NCBI GenBank assembly: GCA_013166835.1
Contig: JABLTI010000050.1
Location: 1 to 23,589 of the forward strand
Origin: Promethearchaeati archaeon
GTDB taxonomy: Archaea; Asgardarchaeota; Heimdallarchaeia; JABLTI01
DNA: 23,589 nt
Reading direction: 5' to 3'
This document shows, piece by piece, positions 18,333-23,589 of this stretch (the first letter of the stretch is position 1; each line of letters begins with the position of its first letter). The notes under the pieces were generated by a model. It saw nothing but the letters and a program-made list of their open reading frames with translations. It had not been told where the DNA came from and searched no databases. Position numbers and translations under genes: made by a program.

Positions 18333-18439
18333 GGATCCGTAGCGCAGCTAGGACAGCGCATCTGCCTCCTAAGTAAGACAAAAATTGGAAAACAGGAGAA
18401 AGCAGGTGGTCGTGGGATCGAAGCCCACCGGATCCGCCA
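18333..18439 (+). tRNA. tRNA-Arg(CCT) with 29-nt intron (18372-18400) at position 37/38; CCA encoded
   Basis: Acceptor GGATCCG/CGGATCC, D stem GCGC/GCGC with A20, anticodon stem TCTGC/GCAGG, anticodon CCT 18368-18370, T stem GTGGG/CCCAC, G73, CCA. Confidence 0.93.
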
Positions 18440-18558
18440 TTCTTCTTATATCTATCTCTTCAAAAGTCTCAGAAACGCTTATTTTATAACTATCCTCTTT
18501 TAATAAAATCAAGCAAAATATTAAAATTAAATTGAATGAAATATAACAAATTGATATT

Positions 18559-19818
18559 TTGTCTAGAAGGCCTCAAAAATTGGAGACAATCAGAGTCTTA
18601 CTAGTAGACGATGAAAAGGAACTACTGAAAGCTACCAAGTTATATTTAGAGAATGCTGTGAAAGATTTTCGAATAACTACATGTAATTCCGCAAATAATG
18701 CTTTGAACTGCTTGAATAAGGAACCTTTTGATGTAATTATTTCAGATTTTCAGATGCCAAATATGGATGGATTGGAACTATTAGAGAAAATTCGAGAAAT
18801 GGACCCCGATATAGCTTTTATAATTTTTACCGGAAAAGGACGAGAAGAAGTTGTAATTAAAGCTCTAAATCTAGGAGCAGATTATTATTTGCAGAAAGGC
18901 GGGGATGTCCGAAGTCAATTCAGTGAATTGATAAATCTCATTAATAAATCTGTGGAGAAGAAGAAAGCAGATACAGCTTTAAGAAAAAGCGAAGAAATGT
19001 TCTCCAAGGCTTTTAAATTTAGTTTGAATGCTATGGCACTTAATCGTTTCAAAGGGAGTGCTTTCATAGATATTAATGAGAATTTCACAAAACTGTTACA
19101 CTATTCAAGAGAGGATGTATTAGAGAAGAATCCTGAAGAACTATCTTTATGGGCTAAGAATGAGGATTATTTGGAATATCAAAGATTACTTAGAGAAGCA
19201 GGAGAAGCAATAGATTACGAAACATTGTTATGTACAAAAGATGCACAAATTATTCCTGTTCTGATTTCTGGTTCTTTAATAGAAATAGAAGGTGAACTCT
19301 GTGTGCTCTCTGTTGCTCGAGATATCACTGAGTTAACAGAAGCATTAGAGGCTTTGAAGGAAAATGAACAAAGGTATCGCTTATTGTTTGAAGGTTCCCC
19401 AGTAGCTCTATTAAATCTCAATCTATTTGATGTTAAGAAGCAACTTGATGAACTTGGAGAACAAGGAGTTGAAAGTTTAAGAGAATACTTCAAAACATAT
19501 CCAAAAATTCTGGTAAATTATGTGAATTTAATTAATATTAATGAATTCAATAATGCAGTCCTCCAATTAATAGGAGCCACAGATGAAAATTCCGTTAGGA
19601 TCTTTTTAGATCATGAATTCACTCTAAAAAATATCGAGTTATTCTCCAAGATTTTTGAATTCTTAATCTCTGGAGGAACTTTATTTGAAGAGGAATTCAC
19701 AGTCTTCAATTTGAGGAATGAGAAATTACGGATATTGGTACGAGTAGTTTTTGCACCTGGTTATGAGGATACATGGTCTAAAGTATTTGTAACCATGATG
19801 AATCTTACTATATTTTGA
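18559..19818 (+). CDS. Response-regulator receiver + PAS domain protein, no evident output domain
   Basis: VLLVDDE, IISDFQMPNMDG, FTGKG, GADYYLQK; PAS-like segment ending ARDITE, then a second PAS-like region starting RYRLLFE. Confidence 0.85.
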   Translation: MSRRPQKLETIRVLLVDDEKELLKATKLYLENAVKDFRITTCNSANNALNCLNKEPFDVIISDFQMPNMDGLELLEKIREMDPDIAFIIFTGKGREEVVIKALNLGADYYLQKGGDVRSQFSELINLINKSVEKKKADTALRKSEEMFSKAFKFSLNAMALNRFKGSAFIDINENFTKLLHYSREDVLEKNPEELSLWAKNEDYLEYQRLLREAGEAIDYETLLCTKDAQIIPVLISGSLIEIEGELCVLSVARDITELTEALEALKENEQRYRLLFEGSPVALLNLNLFDVKKQLDELGEQGVESLREYFKTYPKILVNYVNLININEFNNAVLQLIGATDENSVRIFLDHEFTLKNIELFSKIFEFLISGGTLFEEEFTVFNLRNEKLRILVRVVFAPGYEDTWSKVFVTMMNLTIF

Positions 19819-19901
19819 ATTATTATTAATAGGAATATTTGTTTTTATTCGGAATCTTCTTATAATTTAGGAAAAAATATCACGTAAGTGGTGAAACACA
19901 T

Positions 19902-21920
19902 TTGGTGAAAGACCCCGATGCCAGCATAAAAGATGCTTTACAAAACAATCTAAACAAGGTGATAAAGAAACTGGGATTGTCAGGTAAAGCTCAGGTTCAA
20001 GAAATTACAAAAAAAACAGCTTTTGGTGATTTATGTACACCAATTTTCCAAATAGCAAAAGAGAATAAGAAGAATCCAATTGAACTTGCAAAGGAAATCG
20101 CTGAGAATTTTCCAAAAGATGATTATGTCACTAATGTCACTTCAGAAGGAGGTTTTGTGAACTATACACTTGAACGGGGTCATTATAGCAAAATCGTTTT
20201 AGAAGCAATTTTGACAAATGAGAAATTCTTTGCTAGTGATATTTACAAAAACCAAAAAATCATTGTAGAACACACATCTGCAAACCCAAACGGTCCAATT
20301 CATATTGGGAATTTTCGAGGTTCAATAATTGGAGATAGCTATGCTAGAATCTTAAAAACTGTAGGTGCTAAAGTTAGAACTCATTTTTATATCGATGATT
20401 TAGGGCATCAAGTACCTGTATGTGTTATCGGATATGATTTACTTAAGAGAAACAACCTAGTTTCGAGTGACGTTAAAATCGATTATTATCTTGGGCAAAT
20501 CTATGGAATCACTCATACAATGTATGATATCCAAAAATTAAAACAGGATTTGAAATCGAAATACGATATTACATTGGGTAAGAATCTATATTGGTTGCAG
20601 AAAAATGAAGTAGAATTACTCAATTCGAAAGCTATCCCCGCAGAAGAGTTAAAAGAGTATCAGAAAAGATTCGACTTTCTTCTAAGTATTCAGAATGATA
20701 TCTACAAACGCTTCAAATCATTATATGATAACATAAAGAGTTGCCTAGAAAAAGAGCAAGTTGATTTGCCAAAAGCAGTTCCAGATTTAAATAGAAAATA
20801 TCAGGAACAAGAAAAGACCACAGTAAAAATTGTTCGAGCTACGTGTGAAGCTGCAATCAGTGGTCACAAAGAAGAATTAGGTTTACTAGGAATTACTTTT
20901 GATAAGTTTGATTGGGAAGCAGATTTGCAATGGTCTGGCAAAGTCTTTGATGCTTTATCAACACTAGAAAAAAATGGGTATATTATAAAAGATGGAAAAG
21001 CACGACTCTTTGAATCAAACAAAGCAGCGAATTTGAAAGGTGCAAGAGAATACTTGAATTTGAAGAAAACATATGAGGTTCCAAATGGAATGCTTATAAC
21101 TTCAACAGGAGATACGTTGTATCTTCTAAGAGATATTCCGTATTCCCTTGAAAAAGTTGATCAGTACAATTCAGACAAGGTGTTCAATGTTATTGGTAAA
21201 CCACAAGAACTAACACAAATTCAATTGAATCTTACACTGAGAGCCCTTGGAAGATCTGATGCAGCAAATAAGTTGTGGCATTTGAATTATGAATATATGG
21301 AACTAAAAGGTGCTCTTACAACAATGAGTGCACGAAGACTACAATATATTACTCCACTTGATCTTTATATGAAAACAAAAGAAGCAGTCCTTGAATCATT
21401 TTTGAAAGAACGTGATTATCCGGAAGAAGAAAAAGAAGAGATCGCTAAAACTGTTGCAGTTGGAGCTATCAAATATTCAATAATAGCTGTAGGATTGCTG
21501 AAGAAACTTATTTTCGATCCTCAAGAAGTTATTTCATTGAACAACAACACTTCACCATTTATTCAATATGCTTTTGCTAGGTCACAGAGTATTTTAGCGA
21601 AAACTGATTTCAAATGGAAGAAAACAGATCAAGACTCATTGACTCATCTGCAAGAAGAAGAAGAATGGTTGCTCGTACAATCTCTTGTAAAATTACCAGA
21701 GATAATTCGTTCTGCTGCAACTCAAATTAAACCTGAGCTCATCTGTAATTACCTCTTCGAGGTTGCCATTTTATACAATAAATTCTATGATAATCACCGA
21801 GTTCTTGATGCATCAACAAAAGAGCTAATTCAAGCACGTTTAGCCTTAACATATGCAACTGGACTTGTGTTATCAAGTGGACTACAAATTCTAGGAATAG
21901 ATTCACCAAATAGAATGTAA
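19902..21920 (+). CDS. argS: Arginine--tRNA ligase
   Basis: VEHTSANPNGPIHIGNFR, FYIDDLG, YLLRDI, AVGAIKY, PFIQYAFAR, FNKFY-like and C-terminal RM features. Confidence 0.95.
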   Translation: MVKDPDASIKDALQNNLNKVIKKLGLSGKAQVQEITKKTAFGDLCTPIFQIAKENKKNPIELAKEIAENFPKDDYVTNVTSEGGFVNYTLERGHYSKIVLEAILTNEKFFASDIYKNQKIIVEHTSANPNGPIHIGNFRGSIIGDSYARILKTVGAKVRTHFYIDDLGHQVPVCVIGYDLLKRNNLVSSDVKIDYYLGQIYGITHTMYDIQKLKQDLKSKYDITLGKNLYWLQKNEVELLNSKAIPAEELKEYQKRFDFLLSIQNDIYKRFKSLYDNIKSCLEKEQVDLPKAVPDLNRKYQEQEKTTVKIVRATCEAAISGHKEELGLLGITFDKFDWEADLQWSGKVFDALSTLEKNGYIIKDGKARLFESNKAANLKGAREYLNLKKTYEVPNGMLITSTGDTLYLLRDIPYSLEKVDQYNSDKVFNVIGKPQELTQIQLNLTLRALGRSDAANKLWHLNYEYMELKGALTTMSARRLQYITPLDLYMKTKEAVLESFLKERDYPEEEKEEIAKTVAVGAIKYSIIAVGLLKKLIFDPQEVISLNNNTSPFIQYAFARSQSILAKTDFKWKKTDQDSLTHLQEEEEWLLVQSLVKLPEIIRSAATQIKPELICNYLFEVAILYNKFYDNHRVLDASTKELIQARLALTYATGLVLSSGLQILGIDSPNRM

Positions 21921-22112
21921 TGAAAAACACACAAATTCTACCTTTCTTTGTGTTACCTTGATATGATTGTAGATAACACGTTTATTTTTGAATTAAAAAT
22001 AAGGAATATTATTTTGAGTGGAAGATTGGTTCGAGGAAATAATCACAATCACATCCACATACAGTCCAAGAAATTGCATTAAGAAATAAAAAAAGTAAAT
22101 GGTGCTGCTGCT

Positions 22113-23411
22113 TTGGAAAGATCTGGATATGAGAGACAATATAGCGAAGATCGAGATACATTACGTGACTACGTGAAAGAACAGCATAACAAATCTCTGC
22201 CAAAAATGGTGAATAAACCATTAGGTAAAACAAATTGTTATGTTATAGGAGTCGGTGGTGGGGGTAATAATACAATAAACCGACTTATGGCAACAGGAAT
22301 TAAAAATGCCCTTTGTCTCTGCATTAACACTGATCTTCAACATTTGAATTCTGTAAAATGCGATGCAACCTTGTTAATTGGTAGAAAAACAACTCGTGGA
22401 TTAGGAAGTGGAGGGAAACCAGAACTAGGCCAAGCAGCAGCCGAGGAATCATATTCTGAGATTCAAAGACAAATCTCAGATTCAGATATCATTTTCTTAA
22501 CTTGCGGTCTAGGAGGAGGAACTGGAACAGGGGCAATGCCTATAATCGCAGAGATAGCGAAAAATGCTGGAGCAATTGTGATTAGTGTTGTTACAATACC
22601 TTTCTCAATTGAGGGTTCAAGAAAAGAACGAGCTTTTGAAGGACTCGATAAACTACAGAAAAATTCAGATACCGTAGTGATAATCGAAAACGATTCATTA
22701 CTAGAATTAGTACCTGATCTACCAATTGAAGAAGCATTCAGTGTGGCAGATGAAGTATTAGCTAGTTACATTAATTCAATAATTTCAACCGTTTCGCAAC
22801 CTGGATTAATCAATGTTGATTTTGCTGATTTGAAATCCATCATTAAAAAGGGCGGAGTTACCGTTTGCGGAGTAGGGGAAGCGAAGGGAGAGGACCGAGC
22901 ACTTGCAGCAGTACAAAAGGCTCTTGAGAATCCTCTTGTGAGTGTTGACTACAGTACCGGAACAGCAGCCTTAATACATGTCACTGGAGGGTCAACCATG
23001 TCACTGAAAGAAGCGAGTAGTGTTGTAGAAATAGTAAGAGAGAGCATACAACCAGAAGCAGAAGTGATCTGGGGAACAAAAGTAGACCACGAACTAGGAG
23101 ATGTATTGAGAATAACCATAGTAATCTCTGGAGTAGAGAGCGATCAGATGATCGGTATGAACAAAAAATCATCTTCACTCAGAGGACCGCCATATGACAT
23201 TGTAGCGGGGCAAAGCACAATAACAGGGATAAAACCTGTCCGGGAAAAAGAAAATTGGTTAAGAAAAGATAGCAGACCAAGTATGAAAGAATTAAGAAAG
23301 AGATTAAAAGAATCCCAAAAAGGAAAAGAAGAAAAGAAACCAGAAACAAAATTAGCAAAAGAGAAAACAGACGAATTTTGGGATGAATTAGGAATAGATA
23401 AAGGTCTGTGA
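22113..23411 (+). CDS. ftsZ: Cell division protein FtsZ
   Basis: GVGGGGNN, INTD, GLGGGTGTG, PFSIEG, INVDFAD (T7 loop); start uncertain (TTG 22113 or a later ATG). Confidence 0.96.
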   Translation: MERSGYERQYSEDRDTLRDYVKEQHNKSLPKMVNKPLGKTNCYVIGVGGGGNNTINRLMATGIKNALCLCINTDLQHLNSVKCDATLLIGRKTTRGLGSGGKPELGQAAAEESYSEIQRQISDSDIIFLTCGLGGGTGTGAMPIIAEIAKNAGAIVISVVTIPFSIEGSRKERAFEGLDKLQKNSDTVVIIENDSLLELVPDLPIEEAFSVADEVLASYINSIISTVSQPGLINVDFADLKSIIKKGGVTVCGVGEAKGEDRALAAVQKALENPLVSVDYSTGTAALIHVTGGSTMSLKEASSVVEIVRESIQPEAEVIWGTKVDHELGDVLRITIVISGVESDQMIGMNKKSSSLRGPPYDIVAGQSTITGIKPVREKENWLRKDSRPSMKELRKRLKESQKGKEEKKPETKLAKEKTDEFWDELGIDKGL

Positions 23412-23438
23412 AGAAAAACCCCCCAAAATCAACTAAAA

Positions 23439-23454
23439 GAAAGCTTTTTATAAA
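23439..23454 (+). promoter_or_regulatory. BRE/TATA promoter of tRNA-Gln
   Basis: GAAAGC-TTTTTATAAA about 33-48 nt upstream of the mature 5' end. Confidence 0.5.
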
Positions 23455-23486
23455 AAAGGTTGGAGTTTCATTCTAGCATTAGGTAA

Positions 23487-23562
23487 AGGCCCGTAGTGTA
23501 GCGGCCAATCATCCAAGTCCTTGGAATTTGGGACAGAGGTTCGAATCCTCTCGGGCCTACCA
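23487..23562 (+). tRNA. tRNA-Gln(TTG), CCA encoded
   Basis: Acceptor AGGCCCG/CGGGCCT (A1-U72, typical of archaeal tRNA-Gln), anticodon stem CAAGT/ATTTG, loop CC-TTG-GA, T arm AGAGG-TTCGAAT-CCTCT. Confidence 0.9.
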
Positions 23563-23589
23563 TTTAATATTTTTTAGCGATTTATAGTT

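Noticed and set aside
14040-19818. tRNA-anchored genomic island around tRNA-Arg
   Set aside because: No integrase, transposase or duplicated tRNA 3' end was seen
21921-22112. Possible small gene or frameshifted N-terminus upstream of ftsZ
   Set aside because: All three forward frames close quickly; in-frame stop at 22080-22082; no motif
7364-23178. Remaining antisense ORFs in the track, including 17473-17994 (173 aa)
   Set aside because: Lie opposite confident genes and read as typical reverse-frame shadows
1-23589. CRISPR arrays, rRNA, IS elements or long repeats
   Set aside because: None seen on manual reading

Overview
AT-rich archaeal chromosomal segment made mostly of housekeeping genes. 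An eS30 gene together with FtsZ, Elp3, a REC-PAS regulator and an intron-containing tRNA suggests a non-euryarchaeal lineage, plausibly Asgard (inference). Order: partial ThiP/FbpB-like ABC permease divergent from its ATPase; EF-1beta; IleRS; three small orphans; a reduced exosome superoperon (SBDS-rrp4-rrp41-rrp42-eL43-Brix-pcc1); eS30 (absent from the ORF track); elp3; a plant/trypanosomatid-like iPGM; a SAM methyltransferase; a VWA protein; tRNA-Arg(CCT) with a 29-nt intron; REC-PAS-PAS; ArgRS; FtsZ; tRNA-Gln(TTG). No mobile element or CRISPR array was seen. The best leads are (1) a putative CDC48-N-like + VWA fusion, (2) a ~250-nt leader before the SBDS/exosome operon that holds a Lys-rich uORF and a structured RNA, and (3) non-canonical tRNA bases (C33 in tRNA-Gln; A54/G60 in tRNA-Arg). 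All calls come from manual reading; no searches were run.
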